A stretch of 64,000 nt of DNA from Tubiluchus corallicola (taxonomy: Eukaryota; Animalia; Priapulida): NCBI GenBank assembly GCA_030141605.1, contig JAQGDQ010000361.1, forward strand, positions 124,001 to 188,000. The letters are read 5' to 3'. Below the pieces are notes generated by a model that was not told the DNA's origin, searched no databases, and saw only the letters and a program-made list of their open reading frames with translations. Below, in pieces: positions 1 to 12,630 of the stretch; the stretch's first letter is position 1, and every line of letters starts with the position of its first letter. A program made the position numbers and the translations under genes.

Positions 1-80
1 ACAAGACGAAATATGTATTACGGTTTATCAGCAAAGAATTTACTGTAATTGCTTAACAAAAACAGCAGAATTTACTTTGT

Positions 81-202
<122 letters not shown>

Positions 203-779
203 CTGTCTATTTCGTATCAAAGATACATCATAAATGCTATACAATAAAAATCACAATACAATCAAAATAATAACATTACATACTAAATAAATTGCAACCT
301 ATAAAAGTTTGTTATTTCATAGAAGGTTTCTGGTGATCCTGATAAAATTCAATCAACAGTGTCTTATACGTTTTGTACGGGCGGATTGACTTGGCTTATT
401 AATTTCATAGAGGACTCTAACAGTATACTAAATTCTATAATTCTAGAATCTTAACACAATTATGATTATTTTACTGAGTATACATTACATAAATCAAGTA
501 TCGTATATTAACAGTGTTTATTTATTTAGATACTAGCGCTGTGTTTGTTTGGATACTACACAAAGAGGCGTTTGAAAAATCAGATTAAACTTAATTAATA
601 CGTACAGATTTTCAAAAGCGCGTACGCAGTAGCATTGAATAAGATAACTAATGATGTTCAGCAGCAATGGAATTCAACACATGGCACCATGGCAACAATA
701 ACAACATAATATTAATAAATAATAATATACTTTATACACACCACATAGGGTAATACATATAAGTCAGGTATTATTTTAT

Positions 780-1293
780 CTGTGGCGGCTAGGTACCGAT
801 AAAAGGTACTGTGGAACTGCAGCACCCTCTATTTTCACTCAACATTATCGCTAATAATGAATATAATAAGTCTTTTTTCTTTAGTCCTTTCTTTACACTT
901 GTACGGAACCAGAGTACGTGAGGGTACTACTGTTTGCCTCACAGCCTAGCACAGAGCGCTCCAGCAACGTGATGTTTGGCTGTTGTGCCCTTGCCGCCAT
1001 ACCGCGCCAGATAGAGAAAGTACTGTCGCTCACACAGTTTGTTGTCAGTTGTCATGTGCTTACCGCGAACGGATCAAGCGTGAACTGTGATAGTTTAGAC
1101 TATTCATAAGCAAAAAATACTTTTTTGTTTTTGATTTTATTAAGTTTGTCTATAAACTGTTTGTTTAAAAGCACAATTACAAATTACAATATCAAAATTA
1201 CATATGTTTGTTTCGTTTTACTCAGTATAAAAACAATGGCTGAATATTTTCTGCAGCAGCGCCCCCATTAATTTTAGTTGCGAGCCGCCACAG
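780..1293. mobile_element. hAT-like MITE (non-autonomous TIR element)
   Basis: TIRs CTGTGGCGGCT (780) and AGCCGCCACAG (1293); similar flanks tattttat / atttttac suggest a decayed 8-bp TSD. Confidence 0.6.
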
Positions 1294-3899
1294 ATTTTTA
1301 CTGTCTTTACTGTGAACATAGTCGCAGTATCGAACTCACGACCTCCAAGACGCACTACCACTAGCATCTAGTCAAGACTATATACCGTCTATAATAGCAA
1401 CAAAATAGCATTCGACAACAACAGCGACAACGACAGCGACAACAACAACTACAACAGCAATAACAAGTGCAGCAGCAGTGAAACAACAGTAACGCTGCAG
1501 AAGCTAGTCTAAGACTCTCATCAAAGCACCACATTGATTATAGCCTGTAAGTCATTAAGAAGACAGCAAAATGGATTAGATTTTACATGAATGGTTCAAC
1601 AAGTTTCAGACTTCGCTAATGGGCCTGTCAAAGCCTGACAAAGATTCCAGCCCAATAACTTACACAAGACAATTAGAAAAGACGCAATCTCCATCATGGG
1701 CTGTGACAGATGACAACGTAGAATGAGGCAACAGTTTCGACAAAAAGGTGAACGAGCGAATCAAAGCAGCGCGTTCTTGTAATGTTTGCTTTTTCTGCCG
1801 CGTGGTGGCAGTGGCTTGATCTTGTTGGCCTCTGAAAAATTCTAGGACAACAACCGCCCACATTATTTTGTTGTATAACAGTTTCATTGAAAATAAAAGA
1901 TTACGCGACAAGTTAGTCTGATTCGTGGATGAGCAGGGATGTAAAAATCTACTAACTCCCAACAGTCAAAAAACCTTAAAGATGAATTAGGCCTATGTTC
2001 TTTTGATGTGTGAATTTTGTCAGAAAAGTTTAAATGTGGCTATACTATGTTTTGATGCTAAAATTTTGTTTTCATGTTTGAAGTTTACTTTGAAAAGAAA
2101 GCATATCAGCAAACGAGAAGCAACAATATTTTGACTTAAACATTTTGCGATAAATCAATGAATAATGTGTCACCCTGAATGCTTTTCTGTAATGATGAGA
2201 TTTCTTTAACAATAAGACGTGAAAAATATTCACAAAGTGCTTAGATGGCCGACATTATACAGAGTGGGCAAGTAACATGACCAAAATTACCCTGAATTGA
2301 GCGACACAAGCCATTTCTCTGCATTCCTATAAAGCAGACAAATCCAGCGATATGTATGCTAACCTTGAACATAAAACAATGGTGATAATACAAAGTAAAT
2401 CATTGAAGAAATCAAAATGTGGCCGACATTACCCCAATATAGCTTTTTTTAGACAATTTACAAATATACAAAATTTGAAACAGGTTCTCATGACATAATA
2501 TTTAAATTTCAGCCTGACTACAGGCCTAAGCAACTGCTGTTCCCGATAATAATTATAAATATATTATTTTGTGTAAAAGATACAAATTACGCGTATTCTA
2601 ATTTATGTTTCTATTTCTATAAGCAGTCGATTGCAAATTTACAAATAGAAGCTACATTTCCGTATCATTAGATCCTAAAAGAAATGTAAATTTGTTTATC
2701 TTTGACATATTATAGAAGTCTGGGCAAAAATTATTATTTTTACTGAAAAAGGCAGACCGGTTATGTTTTGTGCTTCGTAATAACTAGTGCACTTCATCTT
2801 ATATTTGTCATACACTATATACGTATCTCTAATGTTTGAGTCAAATAATTTCTGGAACTTCAGTTCAGTTAGTGGACTGAGCCCACTCAGCCAACATTTC
2901 CCGAAACAATCCCCGATCTAAAGTACCAGAGGCTTAACTTATGATAGGAAGTAATTCAAATCAGGAATATACAATTAAAAATATCGAAATCACCACACAA
3001 GATATGCGCATAGAAGACTTTGCTTAAAAATGTAAAAGAAATTAAAATTTTTTTTCTCTCGGCAACGAACGTCGCTGCTGGCATATTTGAAAAAATGACG
3101 TAAGCTGGTGACTGCTGGACAGCGTGAATGCTGTGAAGGCAAGCGGTGATGAACATACGCGTTGGGAAATTTCTACAGTTCACTCAGCAGTTCAGTCATT
3201 CTAGCGCATTATTTAACTGCGTTTATGTAAAAATTAGTCATTAGTCATCAATTATGGCTAAGATTAAAGTTATTACACATCTTTAACCCACAGAATACCG
3301 TAAAATGTGCAAGTAGTATGCATTAACTGCGTAAATGTAATTAATTTACAGAGCTTTGTTGACTTTCTGATACACATGTAACTTTGCGACATACAGTAGG
3401 TACCGGTTGGGTTACTTAGTTTATAGAGTTCACTCTGTAAGTAAAAAAAATTGCTGAAACCCTTGGCAGAATAACTGTTTATATTTCACGGTAACAAAAC
3501 GACACCATTTTTCACCAAAATGAGCGCGCCCAACATGAGGCGCTTATCACAATTTCATTGATGAAACTTTCTAACATTTTTCACAAATATTAGAATAAGC
3601 TCAACTTTGCGAGAAACTTGGCTTTTGCTTTAACTTCTATAATTAGCCGTAGTGATCATTTCTAAATAATTATAATGTTAGAGTTAAGAAACTGGGTCGG
3701 CTGACATTGTAACACGTTTTCTATTAATTGCTGTATCTAGGCTTAATTGAGCGCGGATTGAGTTAAGAAGGATGATGATAATTATACCGCGGGGTTGCAG
3801 CTTCCCAATTAGCCTACGATGGCAGTAGACCTCAGTAATTAGACCAAGAATTGACCTGATAAACTTGTTTATGGTTACATTGAGATTATAGTCACTACA

Positions 3900-4200
3900 A
3901 GATCGCTGTTGAACATAAATATGCTGGTAACGTAAGCATTAAATAGTCGAAGTCTTATGTTAAGACTTAATTTCTTATTAGTTTATACATTTTTGTGTTG
4001 AAGAAAAGCATGCATTGCTTGTTGCTTTCTATTTTTAATTTCATCTTCGGTGTTTAGAAAAGTGCGCATGTACTTGCACTTTTTCCAAGACTGATTTCCA
4101 TCTCTTGCAATAATATATTCTTCTGTTTTTGACTAGTTTACTTGAAGATTTTTCTCTGTTTTTTGGAAAATCACTTTTTATTGTGTTAGTTTAATATTAC
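3900..4200 (-). mobile_element. Degenerate non-LTR retrotransposon (RTE-like LINE) ORF fragment, post-RT region
   Basis: Minus frame reads NLQVN*SKTEEYIIARDGNQSWKKCKYMRTFLNTEDEIKNRKQQAMHAF...KKLSLNIRLRLFNAYVTSIFMFNSDL; homologous to the fragments at 4450-4988, 5620-5790 and 36330-36760. Confidence 0.75.
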
Positions 4201-4449
4201 ATGATCCAAATAACTTTACAAGATCGAAATAAATGTGGTACAGAATTCGATTATTAAGAACTTGACTTAGAACCAACTTACCAGTCATGTTCCCGCGAGA
4301 GAGAAACCCAAAATGACGCTTTACACTCTAAACAAGCCACTCAGACAAGCAAACGTAAACATCAGCATGAACTTGTACAAAGTTAAGTCGTTGTCATGGT
4401 AATTTTCACTAGGCATCATCACTATATATCTCATAATGCATGATGAAAA

Positions 4450-4988
4450 ATGCGTCAGTAATGGCTTTTCCAAATTCTGAACAGATCAAGAATTCCCAAA
4501 GTTACTAAAAAAATAAATATAAAATTTAACAACACGAAACTTGAACTAGTATCTTCATGTACAACAGTGAAATGGTCTTAACTGAGGAAACAGAAATAAT
4601 TGTATTTCACAGAGTCCCACTTAGAAAAATGCTAAAAATAAAATGGGCATATATTATTTCAAATGAGCAGCTGTATAACAGAAGTAAAATCAGAATCGGA
4701 AGGCTAAGATGGGTAGGACATTTGATGAAATTGCCAGAAATAACACCAGTAAGATTAGCATTAAACGAGGCACTGAAACCTACTAACCAACCTCTCCAGG
4801 GAATCCAAAAACAACTTGGATATCAAGAATTAATAAAGATTTACAACAGCTGGAACCAAACTAACAATAGCATCACAGGAGTTGAAAATTTTAGCTGCAG
4901 ACAGGAACAGTGGAGTGTTCTAATAAAGGATACATGTCAACAATGGATGTTTAGAGCAACAGAAGAAGAAGAAGAAGAAGAAGAAAGA
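4450..4988 (+). mobile_element. RTE-like LINE 3' end with (GAA)n tail
   Basis: IFMYNSEM...LRKMLKIKW..IISNEQLY...RLRWVGHLMKLPEITPVRLAL is a typical LINE ORF2 C-terminus, ending in a gaagaagaa tandem tail. Confidence 0.8.
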
Positions 4989-5619
4989 ATATCTTTCTAC
5001 ACAGTACACATGTATCACACTTTACGATTGCATCTTGAATAATTGTTTTTGATTTTAAGCTAGATACTGATCCGCCTCACAACCAACGCCATAGTAATCC
5101 CTGCCTTTTATCGAGTGCACGGATTATAGCTTGTAGTCTCTACACAGTGAGTGCAAGTCATGCTCCTATGCAATTCAGACTCGTGTTACAAACATTAAAC
5201 GGCTTTGACCTTCTGCATAAAATACTACGACGACACTGTTTGCAAAAATTATCACAACATTTATAATAATTGCGATACAATTTCACAGATTTTTCTCATA
5301 ATCGCAATACAATAAAACCAAAAAAATACTTGAGCCAAAACTTTATTAAACTTTTTTACAAAGTTTGACAATTTCGTGCAAGCATGAAAGGTTGATTTTT
5401 CCACTGGAGCTAAGCTCATCTGACGTTACAGTAATGATGAAGATCGAAAACTTTTTGTAGCAGGAACTTCCCAGTTGTTTTTCCCTTCTGCTTGTAAATT
5501 TTCATTTCAATTTTGCTAGGGAGGATTTTCAATAGTATTTCTGAAAAGGAAAAAAAATTATGTATTAGTAAGGTGCTCTAAGTGCGATTTAAAATTTTGA
5601 ATAATGGCATCGTAATTGA

Positions 5620-5790
5620 TGAGACGCAAAATAGGAAACCGCAAGCTATATACTGTTTTATCAAAGATAAATCAATTCTCGCCAGCAAGAAATTTTCCCT
5701 CAAAACAAATTTGCGACTTCTCAGTGCATTTGTAACCGGTATCTTCATGTACAATAGTAAAATGTGGTGTTTGACTGCAACTCGGGAAAT
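5620..5790 (+). mobile_element. RTE-like LINE fragment
   Basis: DETQNRKPQAI...SKKFSLKTNLRLLSAFVTGIFMYNSKMWCLT; same family as 3900-4200. Confidence 0.7.
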
Positions 5791-5921
5791 GCTAATAAAT
5801 TACATTTCATACATCATTGCAAGTCAAAATAAATAACCTGCAGTTCCAATTCAACAAATATTCTCAGTAAGGCTGTCATACTGTGAAGTTTTGCAGAGCT
5901 TGTATTTCGGCAGAGATGGGC

Positions 5922-6314
5922 CTACACCCGTCGTTGCCCTTTAGGTCTGGGTCGTTGCCCTATAGGCCGAGGTCGTTGCCCTATAGGCCGAGGTCGCTGC
6001 CCTATAGGCCGAGGTCGTTGTCCTACAGACTTTGGTTTCCTTATCGGTTTTTTATTGGCTTCGGTCGACGGGAACGTCTTCCATAACGAGAACGTCGACG
6101 CGAACGGGAACGTCTACGGGAACGTCGTCTCTCAGTGCGAGAAATTGCAATTGGAAAGCAAAGTTTATTAAAATCACACGAATTTCATAATTGATTTCAA
6201 CATCAGTTTCCTAATCCTCCTTATTAGTCAAGGCATTAATTGCCTTAATGAAGGTTTATACTCTTATCTGCTTTTTGACGCTATAACATGTCTGTGTGCC
6301 TACTTACCAGCCAT
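5922..6314 (-). pseudogene. Two-exon Arg/Ser- and GQRPRP-repeat basic protein (protamine-like), apparently disabled
   Basis: AAAAC ATG GCT G|GTAAGT at 6314-6308; polypyrimidine tract ending TGCAA (AG expected) at 6145. Exon 2 reads VSRTERRRSRRRSRSRRRSRYGRRSRRPKPIK and, after a 1-nt shift in A6 (6048-6053), PIRKPKSV(GQRPRPI)x3 GQRPRPKGQRRV*. Repeat variants are mostly synonymous on this strand. Confidence 0.55.
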
Positions 6315-6429
6315 GTTTTTCTTTAGTTGGTAAAAAGAGAGAGATCCAACACCAACTTCCTCAGGAAAGCGTCAGACGGAGAATCAACTCCTTTAGATTC
6401 TGGTGTTAGTTCAAAAACAAAGTTGAACA

Positions 6430-6473
6430 GTTTCCATGGCAACGATTGTACGTCATCAATACAATATGCGTCA
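6430..6473. promoter_or_regulatory. RFX X-box plus two CRE-like half sites upstream of the basic-protein gene
   Basis: GTTTCCATGGCAAC (6430-6443) is a consensus X-box; TACGTCA at 6449 and TGCGTCA at 6467; about 115-160 bp upstream of the ATG at 6314. Confidence 0.55.
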
Positions 6474-7011
6474 TCGTGCATACGTATCAATATTTGCAGT
6501 GATTTTGCATAATGGGAAACCTAGAGAAAATTTGATTTTAACGACCAGTTTTGAAATCGTGGGAATTTCTAGGAAAATGTTAAAGGAAATGAAAAGTAAA
6601 ATAAGTCAGTGTAAAATTTAATGTTTATTTTATCGCGCTGTATTAAATTTAACAGAATTACCGAAATTTATCTGCATGTTACTTACACAAACAACTGAGA
6701 GTCTCATACATATCTTCATAATGTACAAACTTGATAATTGCAATAGTTAATTTTTGGACTCATCAGCCAGTTTCTCTCTTTGCTTCGAATCTCTGGAATA
6801 ACATACCTGTTGCTAAATGTTCTGCAAATTCATTAGATTATTTTAAATAACATCTCAAAACGCATTTGTGATGTACTTTTTATGATGAATTATTTTTTAA
6901 TTTTTAGCTTCTTTTAAGTTTTAGGTTTCTTATGAATTTTAAATGTATTTTATTGTTCAACGTGTTGAGATTTTAAATGATTTAGTGCGCTATGTAAATA
7001 ATTCTGGATTT

Positions 7012-7619
7012 GGGTACGACTCCATGAATACATAATGCATGATGCGCGATGCGTAATCCGTAATGCGTACACAACAGTTTGTATTTGAACATGTAGAATG
7101 TTTCCATGTGTACCTGATCCGATGCGCAATCCGTAATGTGTGATGCGTGATCCGTATTCATTCGAATGTGATCGCTATCGTCCGAATACGCATCACGCAG
7201 CAATACGCAGAGTTTTCGAGTTTCCGGTGACCATTTTCGATGTTTAGCTTTCTTAAAGTTCTAGTTAGGTGAGTTTTGGTAACTTTAGGACCTATTTTTC
7301 TCTATTTGAAGTTTTGAGATGTGGAAGAAGCATGTAGTTATGTGATGTGCGTACCATTTTGTTTTCTCCTCTGCAAAATGTTGTGCACCCAAAACCTGTG
7401 CTTTCTTTTCCGCCTTATAGTACAATAATAAGCTAATGCCGCAGCTGTAAATATGACGCTTAAATTTCGACAGAGACTTGGTTTCCAAAAATTATTGCTT
7501 GAAATTTTCATGAATTGCGACCAAAAATGGTGTAAAGAGTACTGTGAACTCGTAGCATTGACGGACACATGGAAACAGTCAATACGAATCACGCATTACG
7601 AACACATGGAGTCATAGCT
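7012..7619 (-). mobile_element. Non-autonomous PIF/Harbinger derivative with transposase N-terminal remnant
   Basis: TIRs GGTACGACTCCATG and CATGGAGTCATAGC; internal minus frame RRKRKHRFWVHNILQRRKQNG resembles a Harbinger transposase N-terminus; shorter copy at 53629-53986. Confidence 0.75.
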
Positions 7620-7912
7620 TAACACTGTAATTTACAAGTAAATGTATAACGGCGCAGCCATTTTTGATCCGTAATGTATTAAGTTGTAGGCGGAGATGTA
7701 CAACAGTATAATGCAATTTGTACCATTTATTCGTGCCCATGCGGTGCAATCAGTTCAAATAAAAACATTTAAGAAAAGCGAAAAAATATGTTATAAATCG
7801 CAACATAAATTAATTGACACATTAATCTACGTTTTGACTTTACAATGGAGGCACACCACCAGAATAGGTGGCTACGCAGAACTTGTTTGCTTTTTCTATT
7901 GAAAGTAACTTC

Positions 7913-7967
<55 letters not shown>

Positions 7968-7974
7968 TAGTAGT

Positions 7975-8015
<41 letters not shown>

Positions 8016-8019
8016 CAAC

Positions 8020-8110
<91 letters not shown>
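7913..8110. repeat. Compound (GCA)n/(GTA)n microsatellite
   Basis: Alternating gca and gta runs. Confidence 0.97.
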
Positions 8111-8456
8111 TCCACACCTGGCAATCGCTACAGCTATTCATCTACGTTTGGCTTCTTCAGTCTCTGCAAGTGGCTTCTTTATTTGGTCATATAATTGCCT
8201 CGTTCTGCTGGCTAAATTAAATCGCTTTGCTGTCATTATCAAACCTGTTTCACCACTAACGAAGCTGCTAAAAGACAAGGCCATAAGGAGGATAAGAAGC
8301 TGAAGAAAATGCCAGCAGCCGAAGCCTCTGGATGATAAAGATGTGGGCGGAAATGAGAGAAATAAATACGGTGTTTGTTTCCATTTAATTTTCACTGATT
8401 AAAATAATAATCCAGTGGAATAAACTTAAGAGACACAAATTAATTATTTATAATTA

Positions 8457-8884
<428 letters not shown>

Positions 8885-9365
8885 CTTTATTTTGCCATTT
8901 TAAAAACATTGACCATCATAATAAAGACAGACAATTAGTGTTAGTTCATATAAAAACATACACTGTTCTGGGCAAATGCGTCTGGTGCAAGCTAAACTAT
9001 AAATGCAACTAGAAATTCAAAAATAAAATACAAATTAGTTTAGTAAGGTCTAGGAAAAATTAAAGTATGATATGAGTAAGTATCATCGTGTTCGTATGTC
9101 GGATATTCAAAACCAGTCATTAAATGTATTTTTTTAATTTAGACTTGAATATTGATAAAGAGCTGCTGTGTTTTAGTGATGTCGGTAATGAATTCCAAAG
9201 TTGTATTGCTTGCTTAGTAATGGAATTCTTTCCATGTTGATTGTTCGTTCTAATGTTTCTTAAATTTAGTGTTCTGTTATTCATACTGGGGTTTTCAAGA
9301 AGTGGGCGCTTATTGTTTTTGAAAGGAGAATTAATATTGTTGATATATTTATAGAGAAACAAGAG
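8885..9365 (-). mobile_element. CR1/L2-type LINE 3' end
   Basis: ORF 9120-9362 ends NSITKQAIQLWNSLPTSLKHSSSLSIFKSKLKKYI*, the typical CR1/L2 ORF2 terminus; followed by a 3' UTR with AATAAA and a (TAC)n tail. Confidence 0.85.
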
Positions 9366-9861
9366 AGTAATATTATAATAATATATAATGTAATAATATA
9401 TGTAATATTATATATAATAGTATATATATATATAACAATAATAATAATAATATATGTAATATTATATATAATAATATTGTTATATATTCATGAATTAATT
9501 ATAATTTTATAGGTATAGTAAATACAGACGACGAAAGATATTAATACTAGCAAAACTGACAACAAATCGTTATACTGTCTCATCAAACAGTAAATTACGA
9601 TTTGAAACCAACAGACAAAATAAATAAAAACGAGGAGAAGCAGTCACTGGTCTATGCGCGAAAACAATGAGATTTTTTAATTCAAGGGGTGAATTCAGCT
9701 CCCTCTTGCGATAATCGTTCCAGGTGTCGTCACATGCCGCTCCACGGTATGTTTGTATGTCTGTTTGAGTGATATAGCAAATAGCGCATAGTACATGCTG
9801 ATGAAGTAGTATGCGGAATTACATGCTTTGGGGAATTGCACAAAGTATATTGGCTATGTAC

Positions 9862-10248
9862 AATAAGCCTTTTCACAGTTTCGTTGTGCGCAAGCGCAGT
9901 TGCTATAGGTCAAAGGTAAAATACATCATAGCAACGCTTCTTAACTACAGCCGTCGCATGACATGTGGGTAAAGCCGCCTTCTGCATCAGTTCAATAACT
10001 TCAGTTGTTTTACGTGGACTTTACTTAATTATGCATTAGTCTTTGCGTAAGGCGATTTACTAGCAAGATCTTGCTTGGGAACAAGAAAAAATGAACTAGG
10101 CAAAGCTCTCGCTAGCTGTTAAAACTTGCTAATCGAATAGCACGGGCTGCAAGGCGTTGTTAAGTGTACACAAATACGTTGTCTTGTGCACTTTACCTTT
10201 GACCTTTTCACAACCACCATCAATCGCAGGAAGTGTGAAAAGGCTTTT
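9862..10248 (+). mobile_element. MITE family A (about 380 bp, TIR AATAAGCCTTTTCACAGTT)
   Basis: TIRs plus subterminal inverted repeats GGTCAAAGGTTAAGTGTAC / GTACACTTAACCTTTGACC; at least 7 near-full copies in the window. Confidence 0.9.
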
Positions 10249-10523
10249 TACTTACCATTGCCTACATTCTTATTTAGTTACGTAAGAATACGGTAGGTCA
10301 GTGCTAGTCCGTCGACCTCATTGTCAAAAACGTTTGAGCCCCAGCCGATACATGGAACACAATTCAATTACGTTTTGAGTGAAGATTTGCAATAGTTGAT
10401 AAGTTGACATGAAGAAATCTGACACGCAAGGCTTCATTGTCTTATTTATATGGTAATTTCTGATGTATCTACACTGCGTGTGTGGATATTTGAGTTACTG
10501 TTCTGATCCCAGGACATGAAAGA

Positions 10524-10524
10524 A

Positions 10525-10576
<52 letters not shown>

Positions 10577-10586
10577 AGAGAGAGAG

Positions 10587-10638
<52 letters not shown>

Positions 10639-10662
10639 GGAGAGGGAGAGAGAGAGAGAGAG
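10524..10662. repeat. (GA)n microsatellite
   Basis: Direct observation. Confidence 0.95.
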
Positions 10663-10989
10663 AATGTCAAACATAAACAGACGAAAGCAAACAAGGTTTT
10701 TTCTCATTATTTGATTTTTTTCTCTTCCACTTCTCGTATTTTAAAGTAGCTTTAAGAGCAAAGACTCATTGTCAATATTCAACAAGTGTACAATGCCCGA
10801 GGCCTTGAGCAATTTACACCAGTGTTTGGAAGTAAAGCTATGCGCAGCATTCATTCGTCTAAAACAAATGATGTTTTAACTCGATATCTTTCAAGACAGG
10901 GTAATTTTAACCCAACTTTGAATGAATTAAAATGAATGAAAACATAGTCATTTAAACGCAGTCGATTAATTGATTTGTTGTTTGTTTAT

Positions 10990-11052
10990 TCGTTCGTTCG
11001 TCCCTTTGCCGTTCCGTCCATTAGTCAAGTCCTTCCTTCCGTTCATCCGTCC

Positions 11053-11086
<34 letters not shown>

Positions 11087-11225
11087 TCGTTCGTTCGTTC
11101 GTCCGTCCGGTGGTTCGTTCGTTTTTTGTTTTTTCGTTCGTTCGTTCGTTCGTTCGTTCACTCGCTTGTTCGTCCGTCCGTCCGTCCGTCCGTCCGTTCC
11201 TTCATTCGTCCGTTCATTCGTTTGT
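10990..11225. repeat. (TTCG)n/(TCCG)n tetranucleotide repeat
   Basis: Direct observation. Confidence 0.9.
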
Positions 11226-12215
11226 TTGGTTGGCTGGCTGTTCGATTGTTTTCCTGATCTACTGACGCGCGCTGGGATTGTGGCAACTTGGTGATTTCTT
11301 GAACTTAACCTTTAATTACTAAGAGTTTTCTTATTTCTAACATAAAAAATGTTAGAAATGTGAAACACGTGAAGGCCAAAATGAAAATGTTTTTATTTAG
11401 TTTCTTTTAAATTGTTATTTTAGTTGAGTGAGCGTAATATTGTCCCTGCAATTGCCATATTTTTTAATACTTGTCATTTAAGTTTTATATTAGTATTTGT
11501 ATATGATGCTTTTAATTAGGTTGCATTTTACTATTTTTATCGGTCCACTAGCAACAAAAACATGACTATGTTTTTTGCATATTTATAAACATAAACAGGT
11601 GAATAAGTCAGTAGACAAAAACACCTAAAGGTCATAACAGTATGTAAGCCGCAGACTCGATTTTTTTTGACATTTTTTTCTTCATATGCTACATAACCAT
11701 TTTTACGGTGGTTATAAATAATAATATTTTTGTTTTAGTTTTGTATATTTTGTATGTATATAAACTAATGAACTATTTTAATTTTTTTACAAATTTTACC
11801 TTTCAAAAATGTAAGAGCGACTGAATGGCGCCAATTGATACAATTTTATTTTGCGACTATTGTAAACATTCGTCACATTCGGCATTTGTAACATTTTTTC
11901 GATTGCTACAAACGCATATAATGCATCAATTTCCAGACTGATACCGTTACATCCTAGCAGGAACCGTAGAAGTGTAAGTAATGCATAACATAAAGCCACT
12001 CGTAACTGGCATTCAACCAATATTACACGGTTTCTCTTTTCGGAGGAAAACATTATGGTTTCACAACTCCGTGGAAGCCACCTCTTTTATGGACTGATGT
12101 AAAAGCTGTGTTGTCATAAATATTTGATGCATCGAGTGTAACTAAATGATGGTTACCACTTTGCTGTTGTCTGTTAGCTTTTTGCAAGCAAGTCGTTTGT
12201 GGAACAACCTCTCCG

Positions 12216-12630
12216 CAGGGGCGTATTAACGAATAGGCTAGCTAGGCTATAGCCTGGGGCGCCAAAGATTGAGGTGCGCCACATATTAGAAAAAAAACTT
12301 ATTCTCCTCGAGAAATGTATATACTTTCTTAATCATATAAAGGGCGTATTTCATAACACACCACAGGCAGTTACTGAGCACGCTTTTATATAAGTGCCAC
12401 ATAACGAACAGGTGCAAGGTATTACATAACAAGCAGTTACGCACCCTACTTGGATATAAGCGCTGTGTAAATACATGTAATGAATAATGACCACGTAGAA
12501 ACTAGGTTAATAGTGTTTCTAGTACACCTCAAGTAATCTGCTCATTAGATAAATAATCATAAATTCACAATAGAGATGGGCGGGACAGAACTATCAGCCT
12601 AGAGCGTCGCAAAGTGTTGATGCGCTCCCG
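12216..12630. mobile_element. hAT-like MITE inserted in the BTB pseudo-exon
   Basis: TIRs CAGGGGCGTATTAAC / GTTGATGCGCTCCCG; decayed 8-bp TSD cctctccg / tcttttcg; partial reverse copy at about 52925-53103. Confidence 0.75.

Noticed and set aside
2850-5215. Kelch-repeat remnants downstream of the BTB pseudogene (e.g. VETTSYNPCTR near 5120-5150, minus strand)
   Set aside because: Matches are too short to distinguish from chance without an HMM search.
5883-6086. Plus-strand ORF with (RSLPYRP)n resembling proline-rich antimicrobial peptides
   Set aside because: GTG start and no signal peptide; repeat variants are more often non-synonymous in this frame than on the minus strand, which also has an ATG exon and donor.
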